Notes: generated from the sequence alone by a model not told the origin. Positions 44,065 through 54,178 are shown, counted from the stretch's first letter. The stretch: 64,000 nt of DNA from an uncultured Actinomycetes bacterium (GCA_963786805.1 CAWBAK010000004.1:101388-165387), one strand, 5' to 3'. Translations and numbers: made by a program.

Positions 44065-45011
44065 CAGCCGGTCGAGGCCGGCACGCGCTCCGCTTCCTGT
44101 TCGCGGCGCCAGCCCGTGTTCGCGCGCCACCACAGGTAGGTGAAGCCGCCGAGGGGGATCTGCACGACGTACGTCAGGACCCGGAACAGCAGCACCGCCG
44201 CGACGACCTGCGGCTCGTTCCCGCCGGCCGCCACCAGCCCGCCGATGTAGCCGAGCTCGACGACGCCGAGCCCACCGGGCGTGATCGGAAGGGCGCCGAG
44301 CAGCCGCCCGAACGCGTACACGGCCAGGACCTGGAGCGTCGAGACCTCGGCCTCGGAGATCCCCACGTGTCGGAGGGCGAGCAGCAGCACGAGCCACAGC
44401 GCCAGATGCGACATCACCGTCGTGACCGTGATGGCGAGCCATCGCTTCTCGACGAGCTCGATCGTGCGCCTGCGGAACGCGACGGCCTGCTCTCCCCAGG
44501 TCGTGATCGGCTTCTTCCCGAAGGGGCGAAGCACGGCCGAAACGAACCGCCCCAGGCCGTCGCCGATCCGCCGCGCGAGCTCCTGCTTCCACAGCGCGAG
44601 AGCGAACAACCCCACGGCGACGGCGAGGACGGCGAGCCCGATCAACGCGGCCGCGACGAGCGCACCGGTTGCCTGGCCGGTGATCGCGAGCAGCGCGAGC
44701 GCCACGATCGGCAGCCCGAGCTTGAGGAAGACGTTCCAGATGCCGGTCACGCCCACGTAGAGCGCGATCGCGTGGTTCCCGAAACCCCAGGACCGCAAGA
44801 TCGTGTAGCTGAGGCCGACGGCAACCGCTCCGCCGGCCGGCAGGAGGTTCGCGACCGAGGTCGTCGTCTGCGTGACGACGGCGGACTGCGTGAGCTTCAA
44901 GCCCGGAAGCGCCGCCATGTTCGCGAGCCAGTAGGTGAACAGGTTGAACACCATGGCGGCGGCGATCGTCGACAACTCGATCGGGGTGAGCGAGGAGATC
45001 GTCGCCCACAC
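44064..45011 (-). CDS. Flippase-like TM domain protein (lysylphosphatidylglycerol synthase TM-region family, TIGR00374/UPF0104). The N-terminus probably extends upstream.
   Basis: The ORF is a polytopic membrane protein. The in-frame upstream sequence encodes a basic stretch plus a TM helix (RRKRIRRIGGAVLSLVIVVAIFAFAIPRIADYSE) with no canonical start codon, which suggests another indel. Confidence 0.5.
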   Translation of the reverse strand: MWATISSLTPIELSTIAAAMVFNLFTYWLANMAALPGLKLTQSAVVTQTTTSVANLLPAGGAVAVGLSYTILRSWGFGNHAIALYVGVTGIWNVFLKLGLPIVALALLAITGQATGALVAAALIGLAVLAVAVGLFALALWKQELARRIGDGLGRFVSAVLRPFGKKPITTWGEQAVAFRRRTIELVEKRWLAITVTTVMSHLALWLVLLLALRHVGISEAEVSTLQVLAVYAFGRLLGALPITPGGLGVVELGYIGGLVAAGGNEPQVVAAVLLFRVLTYVVQIPLGGFTYLWWRANTGWRREQEAERVPASTG

Positions 45012-45230
45012 CTCCGAGTAGTCGGCGATCCGAGGGATCGCGAACGCGAAGATCGCGACGACGATGACCAGCGACAGGACCGCGCCGCCGATCCGCCGGA
45101 TGCGCTTGCGCCGCGCAGCGTCGGCGTCCGTACGCTCCGCGGCGTCAGCGGTCGTGCTCGGTGCGTGGTCGGTCTGAGTGCTCGGGCTCGGTCACGGTGC
45201 GGCGAGCCTAGCACCCAGGTGTTCGGGCGC

Positions 45231-45578
45231 TTATCCGTCGCCTTCCTCGGTGTCGCCGTCCTCATCGACGCCGCCGGCTCCGTCGTCATCTGCGGCGCTG
45301 CCGATGACCTCGAAGTTCGCGTTCAGGTTGACCTCGACCTGACTGCCGTCGGCGAGGCGCACCTCGACCGAGTACGCGGCGCCGTCGTCGCCGATCTCGG
45401 ACTCGGTGACGGTTCCACCCCCGGTGTGCTCGAGGGCCACCGCGGTCGCCTGCTCGAGGTCGCTTCCCGTCAGCGGTTGGTCGTCGTCCCCCATCGTGGC
45501 GACGCCGATCCCGGTGCCGATGCCGATCACGGCCACCCCGGCAAGTGCTCCGACGATCACCTTGCTTCTCGTCTTCAT
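45231..45578 (-). CDS. PepSY-domain protein (secreted or membrane-anchored)
   Basis: MKTRSKVIVGALAGVAVIGIG...GGTVTESEIGDDGAAYSVEVRLADGSQVEVNLNANFEV. There is a strong SD (ggaggagg). Confidence 0.65.
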   Translation of the reverse strand: MKTRSKVIVGALAGVAVIGIGTGIGVATMGDDDQPLTGSDLEQATAVALEHTGGGTVTESEIGDDGAAYSVEVRLADGSQVEVNLNANFEVIGSAADDDGAGGVDEDGDTEEGDG

Positions 45579-45690
45579 CGTTGCCTCCTCCTGCGGCGGC
45601 CCGGACGCGATCTGCGGGTCGGCCCGCCACACCCGGACAGGATGCGTTCCCGAAGCTGAGGCTGGGCTGAACGACCCTGAACGAGCGGGA

Positions 45691-47031
45691 TCAGCCCGTC
45701 CGCGCCGGGAAGCGGAGCTCGAAACGGGCGCCTCCGAGTTGGCTCTCGGTCACGACGACCGTGGCGCCGTGCGCGAGCGCGATCTCCCGGACGATCGCCA
45801 GGCCGAGCCCGCTGCCGCCCGAGTCCCGGTCGCGCGCCTCCTCCAGCCGCACGAACCGCTCGAAGATCCGGTCGCGCTCATCCGGCGCGATCCCGGTCCC
45901 GTCGTCGTCGACGGTGAGCACCACCTCGCCGTCGGCCTGGCGGAGGGAGAGCGCGACCGCACGGCGCGCGTGCCGCCCGGCGTTCTCGAGGAGGTTGCGC
46001 ACCAACCGCTCGAGCTGCGCTCGGTCACCTTCGACCCGGCCGCCCGAGACGTTCGAGGGGTCGACGTGCAGATCCGACGCCGAGCCGTTCAGACGCGATG
46101 CCTCCGCGAGCACGAGGTCGTCGAGGTCGACCGGCTCGCTTCGGCTGCTCAACGTCCCCTCGTCCGCCCGCGTCAAGAGAAGCAGGTCCTCCACGAGACG
46201 CTGGAGGCGCAGGTCTTCCTCGAGCACGACCTCGGCGAGCTCCGGGGTCCCGATCCGATCCGGATGGGCCATCGCGATCTCGGCGTGCTCGCGGATCGTC
46301 GCCACCGGCGAGCGCAGCTCGTGCGACGCGTCGGAGACGAACCGGCGCTGGCGCGCCTGGCCCTCCTCGAGCCTGCCGAGCATGCGGTTCATCGTCCGCG
46401 CGAGGCGCGAGATCTCGTCCTTCCCGGCGCGGTGCGGCACCCGGCGATGCAGCTCGCGGCTCGAGATCGCCTCGACCTCGCTCCGGATCGATTCGACCGG
46501 CGCGAGGGCGCGTCCGACGACGAGCCAGGTGACGACGCCGACCACGAGCAGGAGCAGCGGGATCCCCCCGGCGAGGAGGCCGGCCGTGGCGACGGTCGAC
46601 TCGGTGACGGTTTCGAGGCTCATCCCGACGATCACCGTCACGGGACCGCTCGAGCCGATGGCCGAGGTCGCCACGACCAGGAACGGTTCGCCCTCGTCGA
46701 CCGGCCCCGGATCGAGCCGCCGCGTCTCGCCGGGCGCCAAACGAACGACCGGAGCCGGCCCGGACAGGTTGGCGCTCGACGCCACCACGTCGCCCTGCGC
46801 GTCGAGGGCCTGCGCGAACTCCTCCTCCTGGTCGCCGATCGGGATCGGCTCGCCCGGCGGCGGCGAGCGCAGGAAGTCGGCGACCGTCGCGGCTCGCACG
46901 AGCGCGGCCGTGCGGACGTCGTCGGTCAGCGATCGGCGGAGCAGGCTCACCATGAGCACCGACCCGATCAGCAGGGCCACGCCCACGACGACGACCGCGA
47001 GCGCGGTCGTCCGCACGCGCACGCTACCCAC
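45691..47031 (-). CDS. Sensor histidine kinase (HAMP, HisKA and HATPase_c domains)
   Basis: Two TM helices, the H-box (SHELRSPVATI), and the N, G1 and G2 boxes (DDDGTGIAPDE...GGSGLGLAIV). The GTG start overlaps the end of the response-regulator gene. Confidence 0.8.
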   Translation of the reverse strand: MGSVRVRTTALAVVVVGVALLIGSVLMVSLLRRSLTDDVRTAALVRAATVADFLRSPPPGEPIPIGDQEEEFAQALDAQGDVVASSANLSGPAPVVRLAPGETRRLDPGPVDEGEPFLVVATSAIGSSGPVTVIVGMSLETVTESTVATAGLLAGGIPLLLLVVGVVTWLVVGRALAPVESIRSEVEAISSRELHRRVPHRAGKDEISRLARTMNRMLGRLEEGQARQRRFVSDASHELRSPVATIREHAEIAMAHPDRIGTPELAEVVLEEDLRLQRLVEDLLLLTRADEGTLSSRSEPVDLDDLVLAEASRLNGSASDLHVDPSNVSGGRVEGDRAQLERLVRNLLENAGRHARRAVALSLRQADGEVVLTVDDDGTGIAPDERDRIFERFVRLEEARDRDSGGSGLGLAIVREIALAHGATVVVTESQLGGARFELRFPARTG

Positions 47032-47701
47032 CGTCGGCCGCCAGTCGGTAGCCGGAACCCCGCACGGTCTGGATCGCGTTGCGTTCGAAGGGGCGGTCGA
47101 TCTTGTTCCGGAGGTGCGCGACGTACACCTCGACGATGTTCGGGTCGCCCTCGAAGTCGTAGTCCCACACGTGCTGGAGGATGTCGAGCTTGGACAGGAC
47201 CTCTCCCTTGCGCCGCAGGAGGAACTCGATGACGGAGGACTCTCGTGCGGTCAGGTCGAGCTCGACGTCTCCCCTCCAGCCTCGGCGGGCTCCGGGGTCG
47301 AACCGAAGGTCCCCGGCCTGCAGGACCGCCGGGCGTTCGGCGGCTCCCCGCCGCATCAGGGCGCGGAGCCGCGCCACCAGCACGACGTAGGAGAACGGCT
47401 TGGTGAGGTAGTCGTCCGCGCCGGTGTCGAGGGCCTCGGCCTCGTCGAACTCGCCGTCCTTGGCGGTGAGCATCAGGATCGGCGTCCAGATCCCCTCGTC
47501 GCGGAGCGTGGCGCAGACCTTGAAGCCGTTCACGCCCGGCAGCAGGATGTCCAGGACGACCGCGTCGTAGGGGTGCTCGCGCGCCATCCACAGGCCGTCG
47601 TTCCCGTTCAGGGCGACGTCGGTCGCGAACCCCTCGGCCTCCAGGCCGCGCTTGAGCCCTGCGGCGAGCCGCTTCTCGTCCTCGACGACCAGGACCCGCA
47701 C
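47024..47701 (-). CDS. OmpR-family response regulator
   Basis: REC domain (MRVLVVEDE...D...LTAK) plus a winged-helix domain (VEVYVAHLRNKI). The start is a GTG. Confidence 0.85.
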   Translation of the reverse strand: MRVLVVEDEKRLAAGLKRGLEAEGFATDVALNGNDGLWMAREHPYDAVVLDILLPGVNGFKVCATLRDEGIWTPILMLTAKDGEFDEAEALDTGADDYLTKPFSYVVLVARLRALMRRGAAERPAVLQAGDLRFDPGARRGWRGDVELDLTARESSVIEFLLRRKGEVLSKLDILQHVWDYDFEGDPNIVEVYVAHLRNKIDRPFERNAIQTVRGSGYRLAADGG

Positions 47702-47841
47702 CGTCGGCCTCGTTCCTCTCCCCGGCCGGCCATCTTCTCAGGGGTTCCTGAAAGCCGCCTGAACGCCGGCGCGCTTCCTTCAGCCCGGGTTCAGCGACGG
47801 TGGGACATCCTCGGATGACCAAGACACCGAGGAGGTGCGAC

Positions 47842-48582
47842 ATGAACCGAAGGCTCGCCGCACTCGGCATCGCGACCGGGCTCGCGCTCGGAACGTTGCC
47901 GGCCGGGATCGCCGGCGCAGGCTCGTGCAACGCCCCGCTGCCGCAGGGGAGCGAAACGGTCACGCTCGACCCGGCCGACTTCGTGGACCGGATCGACAAT
48001 CCCTTCTTCCCGATGGCGCCAGGAACCCGATGGGTGTACCGGGAGTTCGACCTCGAGGCGTCGCAGCGCGTCGTGGTGACCGTCCTTTCGCGCACGAAGG
48101 ACATCTCCGGCATCCAGGCGACGGTCGTGCACGACGTCGTGTCCGAGCGCGGCGAGCTCATCGAGAACACCTTCGACTGGTACGCGCAGGATTCCTGCGG
48201 GAACGTCTGGTACCTGGGTGAGAACACGAAGGAGTACGAGAACGGCGAGGTCGTCACCACGGCGGGATCGTGGGAGCACGGCGTCGACGGCGCCATGGCG
48301 GGTGTCATCATGCCCGCCGACCCGCAGGTCGGCCTGGCCTACCGGCAGGAGTACTACGCCGGAGAGGCCGAGGACGCCGGCGAGGTCATGAGCCTGGACG
48401 AGCAGGCACAGGTGCCGTTCGGCCACTTCCGCGACGTCCTGCTGACGAAGGACTTCACGCCGCTGCACCGGCGGGTCCTCGAGTACAAGATGTACGCGAG
48501 AGGCATCGGGCCGGTCCTGGTGCTGGGTGTGTCGGGCGGTTCGGACCGCGAGGAGCTGCTCCGCTTCCGCGCGCCGTCGTAG
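47842..48582 (+). CDS. Secreted hypothetical protein
   Basis: Signal peptide MNRRLAALGIATGLALGTLPAGIAGA, with the SD ggagg upstream. Confidence 0.5.
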   Translation: MNRRLAALGIATGLALGTLPAGIAGAGSCNAPLPQGSETVTLDPADFVDRIDNPFFPMAPGTRWVYREFDLEASQRVVVTVLSRTKDISGIQATVVHDVVSERGELIENTFDWYAQDSCGNVWYLGENTKEYENGEVVTTAGSWEHGVDGAMAGVIMPADPQVGLAYRQEYYAGEAEDAGEVMSLDEQAQVPFGHFRDVLLTKDFTPLHRRVLEYKMYARGIGPVLVLGVSGGSDREELLRFRAPS

Positions 48583-48588
48583 AGACCG

Positions 48589-49242
48589 CTACCGTCCGTT
48601 CGCCGAGAAGTGCTGGTAGTCCTGGGCCGAGCTCCAGGTCCCGCCCCACTCCCAGCCGATCCGGTGGAAGGCGCGCCAGACGACGTCGCGCTCGAAGATC
48701 ATCCCCGGCCGGACGTCCGAGCGGTCGGCGTAGGGTTCGCCGTTCGGCGGCGAGACGTAGGACCCGTCGACGTACGGGTTCTCGACCGGGTTGACGTCGA
48801 TCGCGCGTCCGTACGCGTGTTGCGACCACACGGTCGTTCCCGCCACGTAGCGGCAGTTGAACGCCGAGGTGTTGTCGTGCCGCATCGACTCCCGGTCGTC
48901 GGCGTCGTACCGGTCGACGAGGCGCAGGCGGCGGATCGGGAACTCGCGCCGGTAGAGGCGGCGGAACACCTCGACGATCTCGTCGGCCCAGCGCCGGTGC
49001 ACGACCAAGCGGCCGCGGTGCGCCTCCCCATCGAACCCGAGATACGTGAGACGCACGAGTCGCAGGGCCTTCAGGCCGACCGGACACCCCTCGTGCCACG
49101 AGCTCCCCGTCATCAGCTCCTGCGTCTCGCGGTCCAGTCGAGAGATCGACGCCGCGAAGGGCTCGCCTCCACCGGCCCCGACATCAGCAGGAACCCCGAC
49201 GACGGCGACCACGATCGCGACGACGAGCAGCGAACGGCGCAC
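48589..49242 (-). CDS. M15-family peptidase (VanY/D-Ala-D-Ala carboxypeptidase-like, zinc-dependent)
   Basis: N-terminal TM/signal region, then HxxxxxD...H motifs (SQHAYGRAIDVNP...DYQHF). Confidence 0.55.
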   Translation of the reverse strand: MRRSLLVVAIVVAVVGVPADVGAGGGEPFAASISRLDRETQELMTGSSWHEGCPVGLKALRLVRLTYLGFDGEAHRGRLVVHRRWADEIVEVFRRLYRREFPIRRLRLVDRYDADDRESMRHDNTSAFNCRYVAGTTVWSQHAYGRAIDVNPVENPYVDGSYVSPPNGEPYADRSDVRPGMIFERDVVWRAFHRIGWEWGGTWSSAQDYQHFSANGR

Positions 49243-49244
49243 GT

Positions 49245-49553
49245 CTAGGCGGTGGCCGCGGCCTGTTCGATCCGCCAGAGCCCGACCTCGTCCAGCCTCG
49301 TCATCACTAGGACCCGCATGACCGGAGGGGAGGGCTCGCGGAGCACGAGCGCCCGTCCTCGCATCGACAGGCCGAGCTTGACCAGACTTCGGACGCCGGA
49401 GCTGTCGAGGAACCGGACGCGGGACAGGTCCAGCACGAGCGCCCCGCTCCCCACGATGACGCGCTGAACGGCCTCGTCGAACCGGTCGGAGGTCGTCCGA
49501 TCGAGGTCGCCGGCCACCCACAGCTCCTGGGGTGAGACCTCCTCGATCTCCAT
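49245..49553 (-). CDS. STAS-domain protein (anti-sigma-factor antagonist, SpoIIAA-like)
   Basis: MEIEEVSPQELWVAGDLDRTTSDRF...LVLDLSRVRFLDSSGVRSLV. Confidence 0.6.
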   Translation of the reverse strand: MEIEEVSPQELWVAGDLDRTTSDRFDEAVQRVIVGSGALVLDLSRVRFLDSSGVRSLVKLGLSMRGRALVLREPSPPVMRVLVMTRLDEVGLWRIEQAAATA

Positions 49554-49661
49554 GGACACCTGCCTGGTCACCCCTCCACCCTCTCGCTCCCTCGTTCTCT
49601 CGGTCAAGGGACCCTTTTCACCCATCTCAAGTGGGGGTTCCACCGAGTCGAAACCCTAGGG

Positions 49662-50489
49662 GTGAAGTCCTGTCCTTTCTGCGCGGCCGAGCTTCGCGAC
49701 TCGGTCATCCGGTGCACACGGTGCCGTCGGTCACTCGACGGGACGGCCGATCCCGAGCACGACTCGGCGCCGGCGGCATCGTCGTCGTCGCCGGTCGCGA
49801 CGCGCGTCGAGCCTCGGGCGCCGGCCGCAAGCCCGACGCCGTGGGTTACGGAGGCCTGGGCCTCCCCCTCCACGAGGGCGCCGATGGAGTACGACCCTGG
49901 GTTCGACGTCGGCGCCATGCGCGCCCTGCCGCGGGAGCGACGCCAGTCGGCCCGTCCCGACTTCGTCCTGCTCCTCGCGTCGGTTGCGGCCTGCGCCGCC
50001 GCCTATCTCGCGTGGAAGTCCGTCCCGCTCCCCTGGGTCGAGCTCGTGATCACCGACACGAGGGACCTCGATCCCGTGCTCGTCGGGAACGTCGCGCTCC
50101 GCGGTGAGCTCGCCCTGGTCGGGACGATCGGGCTGGCACTCGCCGGGGTCCTCGGGACCCTCGGGGTGACCTGGCTGTTCTACGGGATCGACCGCGGGTC
50201 CAACGTTCCATGGTTCGTGAACCCCGCCATCGCGATCGCCGCCACGTTGATCGGGATCGGCGGTGCGATCTTGTCGTCCACGGTCTGGTTCGTGTGGAAG
50301 GACGCGGCGATCGAACGCTCGCGCGCCGTGGGACTGTCGCCCGAGAAGCTCAAGGAACTCTTGGACCTGCAGCCGCCGCCCTTCGTCGAGATCCAGCGAC
50401 AGGCGGGTCTGATGCGGTTCGGCGGGGTGATGCTCGTCGGTTTCCTCGCTGCCTGCGCGGCGATGTGGTCCACCCGTCGTCGCGGCTAG
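49662..50489 (+). CDS. Membrane protein with an N-terminal zinc ribbon, paralogous at the N-terminus to the gene at 20655..21209
   Basis: VKSCPFCAAELRDSVIRCTRC..., a Pro/Ser/Ala-rich linker, then four TM helices. Confidence 0.5.
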   Translation: MKSCPFCAAELRDSVIRCTRCRRSLDGTADPEHDSAPAASSSSPVATRVEPRAPAASPTPWVTEAWASPSTRAPMEYDPGFDVGAMRALPRERRQSARPDFVLLLASVAACAAAYLAWKSVPLPWVELVITDTRDLDPVLVGNVALRGELALVGTIGLALAGVLGTLGVTWLFYGIDRGSNVPWFVNPAIAIAATLIGIGGAILSSTVWFVWKDAAIERSRAVGLSPEKLKELLDLQPPPFVEIQRQAGLMRFGGVMLVGFLAACAAMWSTRRRG

Positions 50490-50756
50490 TCAGAACTTCG
50501 GGAACGGGTGGCCATACCCCTCGACGCGCTTGGCCAACGCTCCGCTCCCGTACCCCCAGCGACGAGGAAGGTCGCCCTTCTTGTCGCACTTGTCGCAGGT
50601 GAACGCCGCCCACCTCTTGTTCACCGTCTGCACGAAGTGGCAGTGCGGGCATTCGAAGAAGGCGATCTCGCCGTAGCACGTGAAGCACTGATACTCCGCG
50701 GCGTCGTCGCCGACCAGCTGCGGCGAGTGACACCAGGGACAGGTCAGGTACGCCAT
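50490..50756 (-). CDS. Small Cys-rich protein (88 aa) with four CxxC pairs, forming two zinc-ribbon-like units
   Basis: MAYLTCPWCHSPQLVGDDAAEYQCFTCYGEIAFFECPHCHFVQTVNKRWAAFTCDKCDKKGD.... Its ATG lies 1 nt after the purE stop codon. Confidence 0.5.
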   Translation of the reverse strand: MAYLTCPWCHSPQLVGDDAAEYQCFTCYGEIAFFECPHCHFVQTVNKRWAAFTCDKCDKKGDLPRRWGYGSGALAKRVEGYGHPFPKF

Positions 50757-50757
50757 G

Positions 50758-51250
50758 TCAGGCCGACGGGTCCGGGTTGAGGAGGATCTGCTCGGCCTGC
50801 GCCGCGCGATGCTTCGTCACGGCCTCGCGGAGCTCGCGCCGCGAGCCGGCCAGGACCTGGGTCGCGAGGATCGCGGCGTTCACCGCGCCCGCCTTCCCGA
50901 CGGCGAGGACGCCGACCGGGACGCCACCGGGCATCTGCACCATCGAGAGCAGCGAGTCCAGGCCGCCGAGGAGCTTGGACTCCATCGGCACGCCGAGTAC
51001 GGGAAGAGTCGTCTGGGCGGCGACCACGCCGGGAAGCGCAGCGGCCATGCCCGCCGCCGCGATGAAGACCTCGACGCCTCTGGACTCCGCATCGCGGATC
51101 CACGACGGAGAGCTCCTCGGGGGTCCGATGCGCCGAGAGCACCCGGGTCTCGAACGGCACGCCGAGCGAACGCAGCTGGTCGGCGCAGTGCTGCATCGTC
51201 TCCCAGTCGGATGCGGACCCCATCACGACGCCCACGAGCGGCTCGGCCAT
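50758..51250 (-). CDS. purE: N5-carboxyaminoimidazole ribonucleotide mutase PurE, with an apparent frameshift at a GGGGG run near 51100
   Basis: The N-terminus MAEPLVGVVMGSASDWETM...RVLSAHRTPE is in ORF 50744..51250. The C-terminus LPGVVAAQTTLPVLGVPMES...GAVNAAILA is in ORF 50758..51048. Confidence 0.65.
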
Positions 51251-51285
51251 GGGCGCAGTCTAGAGCCTGCCGCGAACGGCCGCGG

Positions 51286-52699
51286 CTACGCGGACGCGAT
51301 CCGCTCGCCCAGCTCCGCGGCGATCTCGACGAGGGCGAGCACGTCCTCCTCGGTCGTTCGGAAGTTCACGAAGCACGGCCGCAGGTAGACCTCGTCGTCG
51401 ATCAGCGCGCTCGCGATCCACACGCGGCCGTCCGCCTGCAGCATGTCCGCAAGACGCTGGTTGTGCGCGTTCAGGTCGGTGACGCCGGGCGGGACGTGGC
51501 GGAACGGGACGATCGACAGCACCGGCTCGGCCGAGCGCTTCGAAGTCCGGCCGGGCCTCGACCGTCTCCCACAGCAGGTGCGCCTCGCGCAGGTTGCGCT
51601 CGATCGCCTCGCCGAACGCCCGCGCGCCGTGCGCCCGCATCGCGAGCCAGAACTTGAGCGCGCGGAACGGGCGCGAGTACTCGAACGTGATGTCGACGGC
51701 ATGCAGCTCGTGACGCTGGTGCGGCAGGTACCCCTGCTCGTGCGCGAAGGACGCGGCGAGGTCCTCCTGGTTCCGAACCAACACCACGCCGCACGCCTTC
51801 GGCAGGTACAGCCACTTGTGCGCGTCCACCGAGACCGAGCGCGCGCGCTCGAAACCGCGGAAGAGCTCGGGGCGGACCGCCGCGGCCGGGATCCCGTACG
51901 CGCCGTCGACGTGCATCCAAACCCCGCGCTCCTCGCAGATGTCGGCGATCGCCTCGAGCGGGTCGATCGCTCCCGTCAGCGTGGTCCCGGCCGTCGCGAC
52001 CACCGCCACCGGCGTGATGCCCTCGGCGCGATCGCGGTCGATGGCCTCGGCGAGCAACTCGGGCACGAGTCCCCGGTCCGGCCCGAGCGGGATCGCTCGG
52101 AGGTGGCGGGAACCGATCCCCAGCATCTCGATGGCGCGCGTGATCGAGTAATGGACCTCCTCGGAGCAGTACACGGCCGGTCGCGCGCCCTCCAGCCCGT
52201 CGAGCCGGCTTCCGGGCAGCGCGTGCTCGCGCGCCGCCGCGAGGGCGGAGGTGTTCGAGATCGTCCCGCCGCTCGTGAACGCGCCGGCGCAGGTAGCCGG
52301 GTATCCCACGAACTCGGCCGCCCAGCGCACGGCCTGCCGCTCGATCTCGGTCGCGGCGCCCGCGTCGACCGCGAGGTTGATGTCGTACGTGTGCGCGAGG
52401 AGATCGCCGATCGCGCCGATCTCGAGGCCGCTCGAGCCGATGAACGCGAAGTACCGCGGCCGAGGCTGCGCGATCGACTCGTCGAGGATCCGCGCGGTGT
52501 CGTCGAGCGCCTCGTGGACGGGAGCGGGATCGTGCGGGAGCCCGGCGCGGAGCAGCGCGCGCACGCGCTCGTCGAGCTGGGGTTCCTCGGGACGGAAACG
52601 GTCGAACGAACGCCACGCCTCGGTGACGAGCTTGACGGCGTGCTCGAGCGCCTCCTCGCGCGACGCGTCGAGCCGGAGCGGCCGTTCCAGGTCGGTCAC
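51286..52699 (-). CDS. PLP-dependent group II amino-acid decarboxylase, with an apparent frameshift near 51530
   Basis: The motif SVDAHKWLYLPKACG contains the PLP-binding Lys. The C-terminal 60 aa are in ORF 51286..51702. Confidence 0.6.
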
Positions 52700-52840
52700 A
52701 CCGCCGATGCTACCTTCGGCAACTCGCCGAGCGCCGCGCGTTCCCCCCGCTTCTCACACATGACGCGATCCGTACCTACGGATCGGCGGCGAACCACGTT
52801 TGCCGCGCGATCCCCGCGTACGATTCGATCGATGGCCGAC

Positions 52841-53030
52841 GATGCGATCCTCGAAGAGCTTCGGCTCGTCGATCGATTCGGCTCGGGAGCAGTTCGCGGC
52901 CGACCCCGGAGAAGAAACAGCCGATCGGCTGGCGCGAGGGGTCGCACAGAGCCTGTCGTCCGAGGCGAGAGAGCAAGCCACCTACTTCGCGGTCCGTCGG
53001 TGGCTCCTGGAGGGTCGCGCGATCGGCTAG
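52841..53030 (+). CDS. Small conserved hypothetical protein (~63 aa), paralogous to the gene at 54303..54494. It carries a 1-nt frame change near 52880.
   Basis: MADDAILEELRLV is in frame 1. The frame of ORF 52800..53030 then reads IDSAREQFAADPGEETADRLARGVAQSLSSEAREQATYFAVRRWLLEGRAIG. This aligns along its whole length with MTDDAIQDELRLAIDEARQQLADEPGTADRLAQQIVESLSPAAKERAAYHAIRRWLLEGRPVG. Confidence 0.45.
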
Positions 53031-54178
53031 CCCGATGGGCCCCACAGCCGATCTGCCACGTCCGCGACGAGCTCGAGCTTGCGCCATTGCGTCTCCTCGT
53101 CGATCTCGTTGCCGACCATCACGCTCGCGAACCCGCATTGCGGGCTGATCGCGAAGCGCTCCATGTCGCCGCCGAGGAATGACGCCGCATGTTCCATCCG
53201 CCGCAGCAGCTCGTCCCCGTCCTCGAGCACCGGGGTCTTCGTCGACACGATGCCCATGACCATGACGGCGCCTTCGCGCAGGAACCGCACGGGCTCGAAG
53301 CCGCCGTCCCGCCCGAGGTCGTCCCACTCGACGAGGAACGCGTCGTACGGCAACTGACCGAAGACGCGATCGGCGACGTGATCGAGCGAGCCTTCACACA
53401 TCCACGACGAGCGGTAGTTCCCGCGGCAGATGTGGAGCGCGACCGTCACGTCGTCCGGTATGTCCTCCAGAACGGCGATGTCCGCGGCGATAGCGGAGTC
53501 CAGCAGCGTGTCGACGTCGTGACCGTGATCCTCGAACCGCGCGACCCACGCCGGGTCGACCAGGTATGGGTAGAGCGGGAAGTCGAACTGGATCTGTGTA
53601 GACCCCGCTTTGATCGCGTCCGCGACGAGGCCGCGCTCGATCTCGATCGCGTGGGCGACGAACTCCTCGAGAGAGCTGTATCCGGAGGTGACGCCCGGCT
53701 TGAAGGAGAACGGGTGACCGAAGATGGACGGTGCGGGGAAGGTCACCTTGAAGGGGTGACCGCCGGCCACCTCGGCCATGAAGGCGGCCTCCCGGGTTGC
53801 CGGCGAGTCGACCGGCTTCAGGCGATCCACGATCTCGTGGACCGCGAGCGGCATGTCCTCGCCGTCCGCGTTGCGGAAATGCACCACGTTGTCCGTGCGG
53901 AACCCCTCGACCGCGTCGTAGAAGGAGTTGAGGAACATCCACCGCCGGAACTCCCCATCGGTCACGACGTCGAGGCCGATGTCGATCTGTCGCTGCACCG
54001 CGTCGCGGATCGCGTCGTCCTCGATGTGGGTCAGCGAGCTCCGGTCCTTCGCACGCTCCTCGTTCAGGACGGCAGAGTGGCCCTCCTCGTAGAAGGCCTC
54101 GACCGCCCGACGGAGCGTGGGCGGGCGAAGGAGTGAGCCGACGACCTCGGCGCGTGCGGGACGTCGTGGAGGGATCAC
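53027..54178 (-). CDS. Cobalamin-independent methionine synthase (MetE) C-terminal-domain-like protein (UROD/MetE fold)
   Basis: VVGSLLRPPTL...GLDVVTDGEFRR...HICRGN.... The start is probably GTG 54178, but this is uncertain. Confidence 0.6.
   Translation of the reverse strand: MIPPRRPARAEVVGSLLRPPTLRRAVEAFYEEGHSAVLNEERAKDRSSLTHIEDDAIRDAVQRQIDIGLDVVTDGEFRRWMFLNSFYDAVEGFRTDNVVHFRNADGEDMPLAVHEIVDRLKPVDSPATREAAFMAEVAGGHPFKVTFPAPSIFGHPFSFKPGVTSGYSSLEEFVAHAIEIERGLVADAIKAGSTQIQFDFPLYPYLVDPAWVARFEDHGHDVDTLLDSAIAADIAVLEDIPDDVTVALHICRGNYRSSWMCEGSLDHVADRVFGQLPYDAFLVEWDDLGRDGGFEPVRFLREGAVMVMGIVSTKTPVLEDGDELLRRMEHAASFLGGDMERFAISPQCGFASVMVGNEIDEETQWRKLELVADVADRLWGPSG

Noticed and set aside
47702-47841. 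TTCCT(N)AAAG/TTCCTTCAG direct repeats upstream of the response-regulator gene as an OmpR-type box
   Set aside because: Spacing is about 34 bp rather than the 10-11 bp expected for OmpR-family tandem sites, and there are only two weak copies.
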